A stretch of 60,754 nucleotides of DNA from Parcubacteria group bacterium (GCA_028286945.1 JAQBQR010000005.1:1-60754); one strand, 5' to 3'; shown: positions 1 to 10,188, counted from the first letter of the stretch. Notes: a model not told the origin generated them from the letters alone. Numbers and translations: made by a program.

Positions 1-203
1 GGATAAGTACATTCTTGACGTATTCAGCGGACCCAGGTACTTTTATAAGTAACGTCAACGCTCTTTTAAATGTTTGCCCGGCCACAAGGACGGGAGGACG
101 GCTAAAAGGCGTTGCGCGGGTATTTCCGTCCAACGCCTTTTGCCATTAGGGGAAAGCGCTCGCGGGCACATTTATTCTTATATACAAGTAACTTACTAAA
201 CGT

Positions 204-1409
204 ATGGCAGCAGAAGCATTCGACCGCAGTAAGCCACATATGAACGTAGGTACCATCGGTCACGTTGACCATGGTAAGACTACGCTCACGGCTGCTATCC
301 TCAATGTTCTCAACCTCAACAAGGACAAGGGCTACAAGGCCCGCGCAGAGAACGTTGAAAACATCGACAACGCGCCTGAAGAAAAGGCTCGTGGTATTAC
401 AATTTCTCTTCACCACTCAGAGTACGAGAGTCCTAACCGACACTATGCTCACATTGATGCACCAGGCCACGCCGACTACATCAAAAACATGATCACCGGT
501 GCTGCCCAGATGGACGGCGCAGTGCTCGTGGTTGCTGCAACTGACGGCGCAATGCCTCAGACGCGTGAACACATCCTTCTTGCAAAGCAGGTTGGTGTGC
601 CAAAAATGATCGTCTTCCTCAACAAGGTTGATATGGTTGATGATCAGGACATGGTTGACCTCGTTGAAGAGGAAATCCGTGACCTCATGACGGCTCAGGG
701 ATTCGATGGGGCAACAACGCCTGTCATCAAGGGTTCTGGTCTCAAGGCGCTTCAGGCAACTGATGCAAATGACGAATACGCTCTCAAGGTTAAGGAGCTC
801 GTGGACACTATGGACACGTACTTCGAGCAGCCAGCTCGTGACCTCGACAAGCCATTCCTTATGCCTATCGAAGACATCTTCTCAATCGAAGGACGCGGTA
901 CCGTTATTACGGGACGTATCGAGCGCGGAATCATCAAAGTTGGTGAGGAAGTAGAGATCGTTGGTCTTCAACCTACAGCTAAGACAACCGTTACTGGTAT
1001 TGAAATGTTCAACAAGCAGCTTCAGGAAGGACAGGCAGGTGATAACGCAGGTATCCTCCTTCGTGGTACGAAGAAGGACGATGTACATCGCGGCCAGGTT
1101 CTTGCAAAGACCGGTTCTGTGACTCCACACACCGAGTTCGAAGCAGAGGTCTACATTCTTTCTAAGGAAGAAGGTGGCCGCCATACTCCATTCTTCTCAG
1201 GATACAAGCCTCAGTTCTACGTTCGTACTACGGACGTTACCGGTGAGGTGACTCTTCCAGAAGGAAAGGAAATGGTTATGCCAGGTGACACCGTAACCTT
1301 CAAGGTTAAGCTCACTGCGCCTATCGCTCTTGAGGACAATACTCGCTTCTCAGTTCGTGAAGGTGGTCGCACCGTGGGTGCCGGCGTTGTAACGAAGATC
1401 GTCGCCTAA
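204..1409 (+). CDS. tuf: Elongation factor Tu
   Basis: 401 aa. GTPase motifs [15 protein letters not shown] and NKVD are present. Full-length EF-Tu architecture, ending ...[13 protein letters not shown]. Confidence 0.97.
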   Translation: MAAEAFDRSKPHMNVGTIGHVDHGKTTLTAAILNVLNLNKDKGYKARAENVENIDNAPEEKARGITISLHHSEYESPNRHYAHIDAPGHADYIKNMITGAAQMDGAVLVVAATDGAMPQTREHILLAKQVGVPKMIVFLNKVDMVDDQDMVDLVEEEIRDLMTAQGFDGATTPVIKGSGLKALQATDANDEYALKVKELVDTMDTYFEQPARDLDKPFLMPIEDIFSIEGRGTVITGRIERGIIKVGEEVEIVGLQPTAKTTVTGIEMFNKQLQEGQAGDNAGILLRGTKKDDVHRGQVLAKTGSVTPHTEFEAEVYILSKEEGGRHTPFFSGYKPQFYVRTTDVTGEVTLPEGKEMVMPGDTVTFKVKLTAPIALEDNTRFSVREGGRTVGAGVVTKIVA

Positions 1410-1431
1410 TACCCGCGATTATATAACTCGT

Positions 1432-1806
1432 ATGGCTACCACTCCCACAAAAAAGGCGCCGTCTAAGTCTCCTGCAAAGAAGACGGCAGCGGAGGCTGCA
1501 GAGCCAAAGCTTCGCATTCGCGTGCGTGCCTACGAGCACAAGATCCTTGACCTTTCGGTCAAGCAGATCATGGATACGGCTAACCGCTTCGACGCGAAAA
1601 TCGTTGGACCGGTGCCGCTCCCAACTGAGATCAAGCGCTGGACCGTTAACCGCTCAACCTTCGTCCACAAGGACGCTCGTGAGCAGTTCGAAATGCGTAT
1701 TCATAAGCGTCTTATCGACATCCTTTCGCCAAACCCGAAAGTTATCGAAGCGCTTACGAATCTCAACCTTCCGTCTGGTGTTACCATCGATGTGAAGATG
1801 GTGTAA
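1432..1806 (+). CDS. rpsJ: 30S ribosomal protein S10 with Ala/Lys/Pro-rich N-terminal extension
   Basis: The core LRIRVRAYEHKILD...RSTFVHKDAREQFEMRIHKRLIDI is S10-like. The gene follows tuf directly. The first ~20 aa are low-complexity. Confidence 0.93.
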   Translation: MATTPTKKAPSKSPAKKTAAEAAEPKLRIRVRAYEHKILDLSVKQIMDTANRFDAKIVGPVPLPTEIKRWTVNRSTFVHKDAREQFEMRIHKRLIDILSPNPKVIEALTNLNLPSGVTIDVKMV

Positions 1807-1830
1807 GCGAACGTTCCAAAAGCACACTAA

Positions 1831-1864
1831 GCAAAACCGCCCAGTACTGGGCGGTTTTGCTTTT
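1831..1864 (+). terminator. Intrinsic terminator after rpsJ
   Basis: Perfect hairpin gcaaaaccgccc-agtact-gggcggttttgc followed by TTTT. Confidence 0.7.
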
Positions 1865-1915
1865 ATATATTTCGTGTGACATGGTGCTTACAGAGCTGCA
1901 AAGGAGGGCTCACCA

Positions 1916-2401
1916 ATGACAGACTGGCTCGAACTAATAGATGTTCCCATGGATGCCGTTATCAACGGTTTCGAGGTACTGCTCGGCGGCTACCCGGAAC
2001 TGTGCGATACGTTGCGCAGCGAAGGAAAACTTGGGGGCTACGCGTGCGTCGCTCAGCAGGATGGTCTGCCGATATTGATCATGGCGCTGGGCGAACCGAA
2101 CGAGGCGAAATCGGCAACGCGACTCGAGTTTTGTCAGGAGAAGGTTCGTCGCCTTGCTGCGAACACCGCGCACTCGCTGAGTTTCGAGAGTCGAGATCCC
2201 GATAACAATAAATGGGGCGGCGCGGCGCGCGGTAAGCGCTACATCGTTTCGTTCTCGGGGATGCCCGAACGCCTCGACGAGTATTTTGCTCTCGCGGTCC
2301 TATACCATCTGCAGGACTTGTCGGAGCAAGAAATTCTTCGTCTGCTGCTGGCACACGACAATCCCTATCGCAGCGAGCTCCACCTCGAGAACTTCGGCTA
2401 A
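1916..2401 (+). CDS. Hypothetical protein (G+C-rich insertion between rpsJ and rplC)
   Basis: 161-aa ORF preceded by aaaggaggg 7 nt upstream of the ATG. Followed by the hairpin gtgcgccccggcttgctggggcgcac. I recognise no family. Confidence 0.5.
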   Translation: MTDWLELIDVPMDAVINGFEVLLGGYPELCDTLRSEGKLGGYACVAQQDGLPILIMALGEPNEAKSATRLEFCQEKVRRLAANTAHSLSFESRDPDNNKWGGAARGKRYIVSFSGMPERLDEYFALAVLYHLQDLSEQEILRLLLAHDNPYRSELHLENFG

Positions 2402-2674
2402 GACAGCCATTTGGTCGGTAGACCTCACTGTTTTGCAGAATTTGTGCGCCCCGGCTTGCTGGGGCGCACTTTTCATACATTCTTTAAACTCATTCTGTAT
2501 TATACAAACAACCTCTTGGAGACAATCCTCCACCAACGAGGGCCATGGACCTACGTCCTGAGCCGGTAAGAGGTAGCAGACCGCCCCAAGATACTGATCG
2601 GGCGGTTTCTGCTTATAGTTTTTGTATAAAAAACTGGCCCGGCGCGTGAAGCGCCAGGCCGAGTTGATGCGAGC

Positions 2675-3349
2675 TCAGCTCGCAAAGTGGTTGAGGAACG
2701 GGTCACCCGTGTCCCATGCCGCGATGCGAACGATCTGGCGAGAGAGACCGCGTCCGCGCACGACGGCGAGGAACGGGTCTTCCTCCAGACGTTCGATCTG
2801 CACACGCGCGTTCGGCACAAGTTTCGCCTGCGCGGCTTTCTCGCGCACCTGCATGGGAACGTAATTAGCCCCCGCGAACGTATCGAAGTCGGCCAGTTCC
2901 CAGTGCGCATTGATTGCGGTGTGCAGCTTCGCGCTGAATGTGGCCATCATCACCAGCATAATGACGATCGACACGAACGGCGTGAAGCAAATCGCACCAG
3001 CGAGCACGAAGTTCCCGCCGAGGAAGGTTCCCCCCATAATTGCGCTGAGCAATATGCACACAAACATGATCCGATCCGCCGTCCTTTCCGAGACCTTCTC
3101 CGCGGCCATGTTGAGGAAGATCTCGAGACTGGTCACGTGGAGCGCCAGCGTAAGCAAGCGAAGCACCGGCGCCCAGTACTTCAGCGCGCCAGGCCGACGT
3201 GCGGCGATCACCGCGCTCTTGTGCTGTTCGACCCGTCCGTCCGGGATAACCCGAAACCCCATTTGTTCGAGGTCCCGCGCGAGCGATGCTCGCGCGGGCT
3301 TTCGCGCACCCGCTGCAGCGGGCAACGCTGCGGAAGCATTGGTAGTCAT
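2675..3349 (-). CDS. Hypothetical membrane protein
   Basis: 224 aa with three to four hydrophobic helices (e.g. IMFVCILLSAIMGGTFLGGNFVLAGAICFTPFVSIVIMLVMMATF). GGAGG lies 7 nt upstream of the ATG. The competing frames translate to Arg/His-rich junk. Confidence 0.5.
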   Translation of the reverse strand: MTTNASAALPAAAGARKPARASLARDLEQMGFRVIPDGRVEQHKSAVIAARRPGALKYWAPVLRLLTLALHVTSLEIFLNMAAEKVSERTADRIMFVCILLSAIMGGTFLGGNFVLAGAICFTPFVSIVIMLVMMATFSAKLHTAINAHWELADFDTFAGANYVPMQVREKAAQAKLVPNARVQIERLEEDPFLAVVRGRGLSRQIVRIAAWDTGDPFLNHFAS

Positions 3350-3563
3350 GGACTATTCCTCCGATGACATGTGGCAACATCGCCCCATGGACACCCGGGT
3401 TGACTATAGTATTGATGGCGGATTAGTCAACGAATTTGCATTTTCTGGTAGCGTTCTGTATAGTGCTTGAAACGCTACGAACGTTGCCCTTGAACGGTCC
3501 TATGGCCCGAAACACCCGAAAGGGTGCTCCGCGCTATAGATGCGCGTTTTCTTTTTGTAAAAC

Positions 3564-4196
3564 ATGAAATTCCTTCTTGCTACCAAGTCTCACATGACTC
3601 AGATCTTCGATGATCAGGGCCGTGTTTGGGCTGGAACGGTACTCAAGACCTCTCCTATCACCGTTACGCAGGTTAAGACCGCGGAAGGTAAGGATGGATA
3701 TAACGCTGTTCAGGTTGGATACGGTACTCAGAAGCCTGAGCGCGTATCTAAGCCAGTTCTTGGTCACCTTAAGGCGGCTGGAGACAAGGTATTTAGGACT
3801 ATTCGCGAGTTCCACACCGATACTCCTACTGACTTCGAAGTTGGAAAGGAGATCGGTCTCGACACATTCGCCGTTGGCGACGGTGTTGAAGTAGCAGGCA
3901 CATCAAAGGGACACGGTTTCGCTGGTGTGGTTAAGCGCCATGGTTTCCATGGAGGACGCCGTTCACATGGTCAGAAGCACTCTGAGCGCGAGCCAGGTTC
4001 CATTGGTGGAGGTGGCCGTGCCGGAGGTCGTGTGGCTAAAGGCATGAAGATGGGTGGTCGAATGGGAAATGACCGCGTTACGGTGAAGAACCTAAAGGTT
4101 CTTCACATCGACGCTGACAAGGGAGAAATCATCATCTCAGGTGCAATTCCTGGTGCACGCGGCACGTTGGTAGAAATCATGTCAACAACCGCATAA
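3564..4196 (+). CDS. rplC: 50S ribosomal protein L3
   Basis: Motifs GYNAVQVGYG and GHGFAGVVKRHGFHGG are L3-like. Position is upstream of rplD. Confidence 0.95.
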   Translation: MKFLLATKSHMTQIFDDQGRVWAGTVLKTSPITVTQVKTAEGKDGYNAVQVGYGTQKPERVSKPVLGHLKAAGDKVFRTIREFHTDTPTDFEVGKEIGLDTFAVGDGVEVAGTSKGHGFAGVVKRHGFHGGRRSHGQKHSEREPGSIGGGGRAGGRVAKGMKMGGRMGNDRVTVKNLKVLHIDADKGEIIISGAIPGARGTLVEIMSTTA

Positions 4197-4207
4197 TTTT
4201 AGTACGT

Positions 4208-5029
4208 ATGGCTACTTCACCCGAAAAGAAAACAACAGCTCCAAAGGCACCAGCAAAAGCGGTGGCTAAGAAAGCTGCTGCACCTAAAGCTGCTCCAAAG
4301 GCCGCTGCGTCAGCTCCTGCAGTTTCAGTAGAAAAGGCACCAGTAGCTAAGAAGGTAATCAACCTTGAGGCAAAGATTTACACGATGGCTGGAAAGGAGA
4401 ATGGCACCATTGCTCTTCCTGAAGATATCTTCGGAGCTAAGTGGAATGCTGACCTCGTTCACCAGGTTGTTGTGGGTATGCAGGCAAACGCTCGTCAGAG
4501 CATCGCGCACACCAAGTTCCGCAGCGAAGTATCAGGAGGTGGAAAGAAGCCATGGAAGCAAAAAGGAACAGGACGCGCTCGTCATGGTTCTAACCGTTCT
4601 CCAATCTGGAAGGGTGGAGGTGTGACCCACGGTCCTCGCGCTGAGAAAGATTACTCAGTGAAGATCAACCGCAAGATGCGTCTTGCCGCTCTCCGCGTTG
4701 TACTCTCACGCAAGTGGAAGGATAACGAAATCATCTTCGTCGACACGATGAATTTTGCTGAGCCAAAGACTAAGGATGCAAAGCTCGCACTCGTAGCTAT
4801 CGCAAAGGGAACAGGAATGAACACGCTTGCAACAAAGCGTAAGAACGCAGCTATCATCGCTTTCTCAACAAAGGATTCAGTAGCTGAGAAGTCACTCCGC
4901 AACATCGGTAGCATCATGACCGAAGAGATGCGTAACCTTAACCCCGTTGATCTTCTTAACAAGAAGTACCTCGTGGTTGCTAACCCCGCTGAAGCACTTC
5001 AGGTTCTCTCTAACCGCTTTGGCGCATAA
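4208..5029 (+). CDS. rplD: 50S ribosomal protein L4 with ~50-aa Ala/Lys/Pro-rich N-terminal extension
   Basis: KPWKQKGTGRARHGS motif and operon position. The N-terminus is ATSPEKKTTAPKAPAKAVAKKAAAPKAAPKAAASAPA. Confidence 0.93.
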   Translation: MATSPEKKTTAPKAPAKAVAKKAAAPKAAPKAAASAPAVSVEKAPVAKKVINLEAKIYTMAGKENGTIALPEDIFGAKWNADLVHQVVVGMQANARQSIAHTKFRSEVSGGGKKPWKQKGTGRARHGSNRSPIWKGGGVTHGPRAEKDYSVKINRKMRLAALRVVLSRKWKDNEIIFVDTMNFAEPKTKDAKLALVAIAKGTGMNTLATKRKNAAIIAFSTKDSVAEKSLRNIGSIMTEEMRNLNPVDLLNKKYLVVANPAEALQVLSNRFGA

Positions 5030-5040
5030 CCCTCAAACGT

Positions 5041-5424
5041 ATGGCACTTTTCTCAACCGACACGAAGAAGACACCAAAGACGAAGAAGGCACATGTGGCC
5101 GGAGCTAATCCCGCACGCACAAAGGCACTTGCTCGTGAAGACGGACGCCTTTCAATGGTTCTTAAGGCACCTCACTTCTCAGAGAAGGCACTCATTGCAA
5201 CTGAAAAGGGCGTATACGTCTTCAAGGTTCCTGCTGATGCTAACAAGCACGAAGTAGCTGCTGCTATCGAGAAGTTCTACAACGTTGTTCCTGCAAAGGT
5301 TCGCATGGTGAACCTCCCTGCAAAGTCGAAGGCGCTTCGTACTCGTCGCGGAGTAGGAACGGCAGCACGTCGCCACAAAGCGTACGTCTACCTTGCAAAG
5401 GGTGACACCCTCAACCTCGTATAG
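5041..5424 (+). CDS. rplW: 50S ribosomal protein L23
   Basis: Lies between rplD and rplB. Core VYVFKVPADANKHEVAAAIEKFYNVVPAKV is L23-like. Confidence 0.9.
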   Translation: MALFSTDTKKTPKTKKAHVAGANPARTKALAREDGRLSMVLKAPHFSEKALIATEKGVYVFKVPADANKHEVAAAIEKFYNVVPAKVRMVNLPAKSKALRTRRGVGTAARRHKAYVYLAKGDTLNLV

Positions 5425-5441
5425 TGCTAAGTATTTAGATT

Positions 5442-6284
5442 ATGAAAACCTACAAGCCAACCAGTCCAAGCCGTCGCAACATGACAACGCTGCCCTACAA
5501 GCAGCTCCTGTCAGGCGATAAGCCACACAAAGCCCTTATCAAGGGACGCAAAGACAACGCTGGACGCGGAAACAATGGCCGCATCTCAGTACGTCACCAG
5601 GGAGGAGGTCACAAGCGTCGCTTCCGCGATATCGATTTCACGTACAACAAGCATGATATTCCTGCTCGTGTTGAAACGATTGAATACGATCCGTATCGTT
5701 CTGGCTTCATCTCACTCGTAGTATTCGCCGATGGAGAGCGCCGTTACGTTCTTGCTCCTAAGAACACGAAAGTGGGTGACATATTCATCGTTGGTGAGAA
5801 CGCACCTATCAAGCCAGGAAACCGCATGCCGCTCGGCAAAGTTCCTTCAGGAACATTTGTGTACAACATTGAGCTTAAGCTCAATGCAGGCGCACGTCTC
5901 GTACGCTCAGCTGGTAACTACGCTGAAGTCATCGCACATGACGCAGGCTACGCACAGGTGAAGCTTCCTTCAAGCGAAGTTCGCCGTGTGTCAGACCTCT
6001 GCTACGCAACGGTTGGTAGCGTAAGCAACGAAGAGTCACGTCTCGTTAAGTACGGAAAGGCTGGACGCTCACGCTGGAAAGGTATTCGTCCTACGGTTCG
6101 TGGTAACGCCATGAACCCTGTCGACCACCCACACGGAGGTGGTGAAGGTAAGCAGGGACGCGGACTCCGACGTGCAAAGAGCATGTGGGGACGCCCAACC
6201 GGAAAGGGTCAGAAGACTCGTACTCCAAAGAAGTACTCAAACGTCTTCATTGTTTCTCGCCGAAAGGTTGGAAAGAAGCGTTAA
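5442..6284 (+). CDS. rplB: 50S ribosomal protein L2
   Basis: Motifs HQGGGHKRRFR and MNPVDHPHGGGEG. Confidence 0.97.
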   Translation: MKTYKPTSPSRRNMTTLPYKQLLSGDKPHKALIKGRKDNAGRGNNGRISVRHQGGGHKRRFRDIDFTYNKHDIPARVETIEYDPYRSGFISLVVFADGERRYVLAPKNTKVGDIFIVGENAPIKPGNRMPLGKVPSGTFVYNIELKLNAGARLVRSAGNYAEVIAHDAGYAQVKLPSSEVRRVSDLCYATVGSVSNEESRLVKYGKAGRSRWKGIRPTVRGNAMNPVDHPHGGGEGKQGRGLRRAKSMWGRPTGKGQKTRTPKKYSNVFIVSRRKVGKKR

Positions 6285-6290
6285 GAGAAA

Positions 6291-6322
6291 GCAAAAGCCC
6301 CGCGGAGCGGGGCTTTTGCTTT
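6291..6322 (+). terminator. Intrinsic terminator after rplB
   Basis: Hairpin gcaaaagccccg-cgga-gcggggcttttgc followed by TTT. Confidence 0.7.
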
Positions 6323-6360
6323 GTCCTGAGCCGCACAATGACAGATGATAGAATTTACTC

Positions 6361-7107
6361 ATGACCTACCGATACAGTCCAGTCCAGCGCACAGCAAAAG
6401 CTGTATATAGGACCTTCTTTCCGGTGCCTCGATCTCCGTGGACGGCAGGACCCGTTGAAGATATTTGTGCGGTGAACCTTGTGCCACCCGAAACACTGGT
6501 TACTTTCTTTACGAATTGTGTAGAAAAGCTGCGAGCTCTTAAGGGGGAAGACATTGGAGATTATTTGGAGTTCGGTATCTTCAACGGCAATTCTATTGGC
6601 AGCATGTATCTTGCTCGACAAACGACTAGCGCTAAATCAATGCGTCTCTTCGGCTTCGATTCTTTCGAAGGACTCCCTGCAGGAGCAGAGAATGAGGATG
6701 ATGGAGTTTGGAAAAAAGGTTTTTATACCTGCTCGTTTGAACAGATGAAAATGTGTCTCAAAGGAAGGGATGTAAATCCTGATGAGATTACTTGGATAAA
6801 TGGATGGTATGACCAGTCGCTTACGGCAGAAATGGCTAATGAGCACGGACTCGGTAATTTCGGCATTGTATTTATTGATTGCGATACGTACAGTTCTTCA
6901 AAAACTGTTCTCGATTTTCTTGCGTCTCGCATCAAGGCCCCCGTTATCGTATGTTTCGATGATTGGAAATTAAATGATCTCGATATTAAGGGAATGGGTG
7001 AGTACAAATCATTTAATGAATTCCTGGAGAGTAATACTCATCTAGTAGCAACTCCAATGCCGTCATACAACCGAAAGTCGAGAACATTTCTTATTCAACC
7101 GAAGTAA
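6361..7107 (+). CDS. TylF/MycF-like class I SAM-dependent methyltransferase (putative)
   Basis: Motifs LEFGIFNGNS, RLFGFDSFEGLP and FIDCDTYSSS...VCFDDW resemble the macrocin-O-methyltransferase family layout. Confidence 0.6.
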   Translation: MTYRYSPVQRTAKAVYRTFFPVPRSPWTAGPVEDICAVNLVPPETLVTFFTNCVEKLRALKGEDIGDYLEFGIFNGNSIGSMYLARQTTSAKSMRLFGFDSFEGLPAGAENEDDGVWKKGFYTCSFEQMKMCLKGRDVNPDEITWINGWYDQSLTAEMANEHGLGNFGIVFIDCDTYSSSKTVLDFLASRIKAPVIVCFDDWKLNDLDIKGMGEYKSFNEFLESNTHLVATPMPSYNRKSRTFLIQPK

Positions 7108-7118
7108 CAGTAATCCAT

Positions 7119-7529
7119 ATGAATCTTCAAGTAGGAGTTAAGGTTTTCTTAAGAAATGAGGAGAATAAAATATTGTTACTCAAGCGTTCACTTGAAAAAT
7201 ATGGGAAGACACAAGGTAGCTGGGATATCGTCGGTGGGCGTATTGATCCGGGGTCACCGCTAATGGAAAACCTTCAACGAGAAGTGAGAGAGGAAACGGG
7301 ACTTGAGATTACTTCCATTCCCATACTTATTGCGGCGCAGGATATTATCCCAAATGCCGAACGTCACGTAGTGCGTCTAACATACACTGCACATACTCAA
7401 GGCGAACCCGCACTCGATCTCTCTGAGAATACGGAATATAAATGGGTGACTCTTAAGGAGCTACAAGAAGAAACAGACCTCGATGTTTACGCTAAAGGCG
7501 TCGCAGATCAAGGACTATTTTCTTTATAA
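7119..7529 (+). CDS. NUDIX hydrolase
   Basis: Nudix box GGRIDPGSPLMENLQREVREETGLEI (GX5EX7REUXEEXGU). Confidence 0.8.
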   Translation: MNLQVGVKVFLRNEENKILLLKRSLEKYGKTQGSWDIVGGRIDPGSPLMENLQREVREETGLEITSIPILIAAQDIIPNAERHVVRLTYTAHTQGEPALDLSENTEYKWVTLKELQEETDLDVYAKGVADQGLFSL

Positions 7530-7539
7530 GAAAATATGA

Positions 7540-7772
7540 TAGAGTGCCGGTGTTGTGGCAGGTGGGAACTTGGAACACCTCGTTTGTGACTATAGACCGG
7601 CACGACCCATCCCCCATGGGATGTTGATATGGGTTTACGTGCTTGAGGGAGTGCGATTCGCTCCTGTGCGTCCGATAATCCGAACTGGCCTCGCGGAGGC
7701 TTCAGGGCTCTGGATCAATAGGGTCAGCTACAACAGGCCGTCTGCGTTTCGTGCGCAGGCGGCCTTCTCTTT
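7540..7772 (+). ncRNA. Candidate structured RNA or structured 3' UTR of unknown class
   Basis: Convergent intergenic region, G+C-richer than its flanks. Nested helices: gtgccggt/accggcac, aggtg/cacct, catccc/gggatg, ggagtg/cgctcc, gcctc/gaggc. Ends in the terminator hairpin ggccgtctgcg...cgcaggcggcc plus a T-rich tail. Confidence 0.25.
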
Positions 7773-7776
7773 ATAA

Positions 7777-8607
7777 TTAGCGATACTCAGCCTTAAGCGA
7801 ATCAGCGAGCTGCGCGAGCGGAATAGGATCTTCAACGGTGCCAAGTGCATACGGACCTACCTGATATGGCGGGAAGACAATGACCAGATTCTTTCCACTG
7901 ATGTAGAACGTGCTGAAATTATCTTTTGTTGGGGCGGTACCCATCTTGATTGAATCGGTGTCAGTAAACGTTCCACCGCTCATTTTGCCAATAATTCCTG
8001 GCAAGTCAGTACGAGCGCGGTTGCTCACGCGTTCAAGGTAGGGAATTGAAGGAAGGAAGATATCTCCGAGTGAAAGCTGCGCACCGGTCTTTGTGTCAAA
8101 GGTGAAGGTTTGGAAGAAGCCATTCGGATGTGCACCAAGGGTGTCTTCGTAAATAAGGAAGGAGTACGAAACCGTACGTGCTCCAATATATGTCTTATAT
8201 TCAGATGAAAGAGCCTCTTTTCGCTGGTCCAGACCCATCATCTGCACGTCATTGGGCGTGAGGGTCGCAAAACCGCCGTCTTTCTTAAACTGGTCCACTA
8301 CCTGCTGCATGGCAGCTTTCATCGTGGCCACTGCCTGAGCATTTGCCGCAGCACTTACGGCTACCAACGGCGTGGCAGAGGGATATTCCATATCCACGTC
8401 GTAATACGCGGCGTGTTCGGTTATGTGGAGGGCTGGAGCGGGCACAGAAGCAGTGGTGGTAGCTGTTACTGGGGTGCTGGACGCTGTTTCACCGCCTGGA
8501 GCAAGGGCTTTGTGGCTTCCGAACACGTACCAGGCCAATAAAACCCCAAAAGCGCCAATAAGTACCCCGATCGCTATTACCGCCCAATGCTTATGTTTTA
8601 GGTCCAT
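7777..8607 (-). CDS. Membrane-anchored DUF3298/RsiV-PdaC C-terminal-like domain protein
   Basis: N-terminal TM helix WAVIAIGVLIGAFGVLLAWYVF. Motifs GAHPNGFFQTFTFDTKTGAQLSLGDIF and VIVFPPYQVGPYALG are typical of DUF3298. Confidence 0.6.
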   Translation of the reverse strand: MDLKHKHWAVIAIGVLIGAFGVLLAWYVFGSHKALAPGGETASSTPVTATTTASVPAPALHITEHAAYYDVDMEYPSATPLVAVSAAANAQAVATMKAAMQQVVDQFKKDGGFATLTPNDVQMMGLDQRKEALSSEYKTYIGARTVSYSFLIYEDTLGAHPNGFFQTFTFDTKTGAQLSLGDIFLPSIPYLERVSNRARTDLPGIIGKMSGGTFTDTDSIKMGTAPTKDNFSTFYISGKNLVIVFPPYQVGPYALGTVEDPIPLAQLADSLKAEYR

Positions 8608-8662
8608 ATCCTCCTATGATACACCCGCGCCGAAGTTCCTCAGCGCAAAAGCCTGTGTAAGT

Positions 8663-8691
8663 TTGACAGTGTGAGTAGTTTCCTATAGATT
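8663..8691 (+). promoter_or_regulatory. Sigma70-like promoter restarting the operon at rpsS
   Basis: TTGACA, 17-nt spacer, TAGATT, located ~40 nt upstream of the rpsS ATG. Confidence 0.45.
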
Positions 8692-8730
8692 ATAGCTATC
8701 TCGCGCCTAGCGCGGGCTTTTAATTACGAC

Positions 8731-9078
8731 ATGTCTCGATCACTCAAAAAGGGCCCCTACGTGGACCAGAAGCTCCTCAAAAAGCTTACTGACAAGAAGC
8801 CGGCAACTGCCGGGGTGATTAAGACGTGGGCGCGCGCAAGCCAGATTGCTCCTGAATTCCTAGGTTTCACCTTTGGCGTTCATAACGGAAAGCAGCACGT
8901 GGATGTTCTCGTTACTGAGGACATGGTTGGACATCGCCTCGGCGAGTTCTCACCAACGAAGAAATTCGTTCGTCACGGAGGAAAGATGCAGAAGGAACTT
9001 GAGCAGAAGCGCAAGGATTCTGAGATCGCTGCTGCAAAAGCTGCTAAGGCCGCACCTGCTGCACCAAAGAAGAAATAG
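8731..9078 (+). CDS. rpsS: 30S ribosomal protein S19 with Lys/Ala-rich C-terminal extension
   Basis: Motifs SLKKGPYVD and HNGKQHV. The tail is ...[18 protein letters not shown]. Confidence 0.95.
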   Translation: MSRSLKKGPYVDQKLLKKLTDKKPATAGVIKTWARASQIAPEFLGFTFGVHNGKQHVDVLVTEDMVGHRLGEFSPTKKFVRHGGKMQKELEQKRKDSEIAAAKAAKAAPAAPKKK

Positions 9079-9098
9079 TTAGATTTACGTAAAACATC

Positions 9099-9437
9099 AT
9101 GCAAGCTCACCTTACCAGCCATAACCAGCCACCCCGCAAAGTCCGCCTCGTTACAGAGATGGTTAAGGGTAAGTCGGTTGCTCAGGCTCTTAAGGAACTT
9201 TCATTCCTCCCAAAGCGTGCAGCAGCTCCTATCTACAAGCTCATTGCCTCAGCAGCAGCTAACGCAACGGTTAAGGGTTCTAAGATGGAAGATCTTAAGG
9301 TTGAGAACATTACCGTGGACTCAGCAGGTATGACGGTTAAGTTTATGCCTCGCGCTATGGGTCGCGCTGCTCCCGTACGCCGCCGCAAGAGTCAGGTTTC
9401 AGTATTCCTAAGCGACACCACCGCAACTAACGCGTAA
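9099..9437 (+). CDS. rplV: 50S ribosomal protein L22
   Basis: Operon position. PRKVRLVTEMVKGKSVAQAL is L22-like. Confidence 0.92.
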   Translation: MQAHLTSHNQPPRKVRLVTEMVKGKSVAQALKELSFLPKRAAAPIYKLIASAAANATVKGSKMEDLKVENITVDSAGMTVKFMPRAMGRAAPVRRRKSQVSVFLSDTTATNA

Positions 9438-9451
9438 GCGAATTTTTTACC

Positions 9452-10177
9452 ATGACACACACCGTACATCCTTACGCACACCGCCTCGGCATCATTCGTG
9501 ATTGGCGAAGCCGCTGGTTTGCTACAGATAAGAAAGCTTTCCGCGATAACATTGCGGTAGATAACGCCGTACGCACGTACCTCAAGAAGAAGCTTCGTGC
9601 CATGCACATTGCTGAGATTGAGATCGAGCGTTCACAGGCAGAACTTCGCGTTCTTCTTCACACGGCACGTCCTGGTCTCGTTATCGGACGCTCTGGCGAA
9701 AACGCTACGAAGATTCGTAAGGAACTTGCGTCTGTTGTTCAGAAAGTTGCTCCCGGACACGGTCGCGCTATCAAGCTCGACATCATGGAAATCCGTCAGC
9801 CAGAAACCTCAGCTGCGGTTGTGGGAATGATGGTTGTTGAAGGACTTGAGAAACGTATGCCATTCCGCCGTGTTCTTAAGGGTACGGTTGAAAAGGTAAT
9901 GACCTCACGTGATGTTATCGGAGTTCGTATCGTTGTCTCAGGCCGCCTTGGTGGTGCTGATATGGCTCGTACGGAAGCTATCAAGCGTGGACGTATTCCT
10001 CTTCAGACATTCCGTGCAAACATTGACTACGCACACCAGGAAGCACACCTCCCGTTCGGTGTTATCGGTATCAAAGTTTGGGTCTACCTCGGTGATCAGT
10101 TCACCATGGGTGCAGGTACAAATGATGCTGCAGCTCCAGCGAGCGCTCAGCGTGGTGGTAACGAACGTCGCGCGTAA
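9452..10177 (+). CDS. rpsC: 30S ribosomal protein S3
   Basis: HPYAHRLGIIRDWRSRWF N-terminus, KH-domain motif GLVIGRSGEN, and operon position. Confidence 0.95.
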   Translation: MTHTVHPYAHRLGIIRDWRSRWFATDKKAFRDNIAVDNAVRTYLKKKLRAMHIAEIEIERSQAELRVLLHTARPGLVIGRSGENATKIRKELASVVQKVAPGHGRAIKLDIMEIRQPETSAAVVGMMVVEGLEKRMPFRRVLKGTVEKVMTSRDVIGVRIVVSGRLGGADMARTEAIKRGRIPLQTFRANIDYAHQEAHLPFGVIGIKVWVYLGDQFTMGAGTNDAAAPASAQRGGNERRA

Positions 10178-10188
10178 TATACCTGCTT

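Noticed and set aside
102-416. Numerous 60-130-aa ORFs antisense or out of frame within tuf, the ribosomal protein genes, secY, ftsH, recG and the ABC transporters.
   Set aside because: They are shadow ORFs inside strongly supported genes and have no independent start signals.
2687-3470. Overlapping long ORFs (2687-3367 +, 2865-3380 -, 2910-3470 +) in the first G+C-rich island.
   Set aside because: Only the 2675-3349 minus-strand frame gives plausible TM helices and has an SD. The others are compositionally biased (Arg/His/Ser-rich) shadow ORFs.
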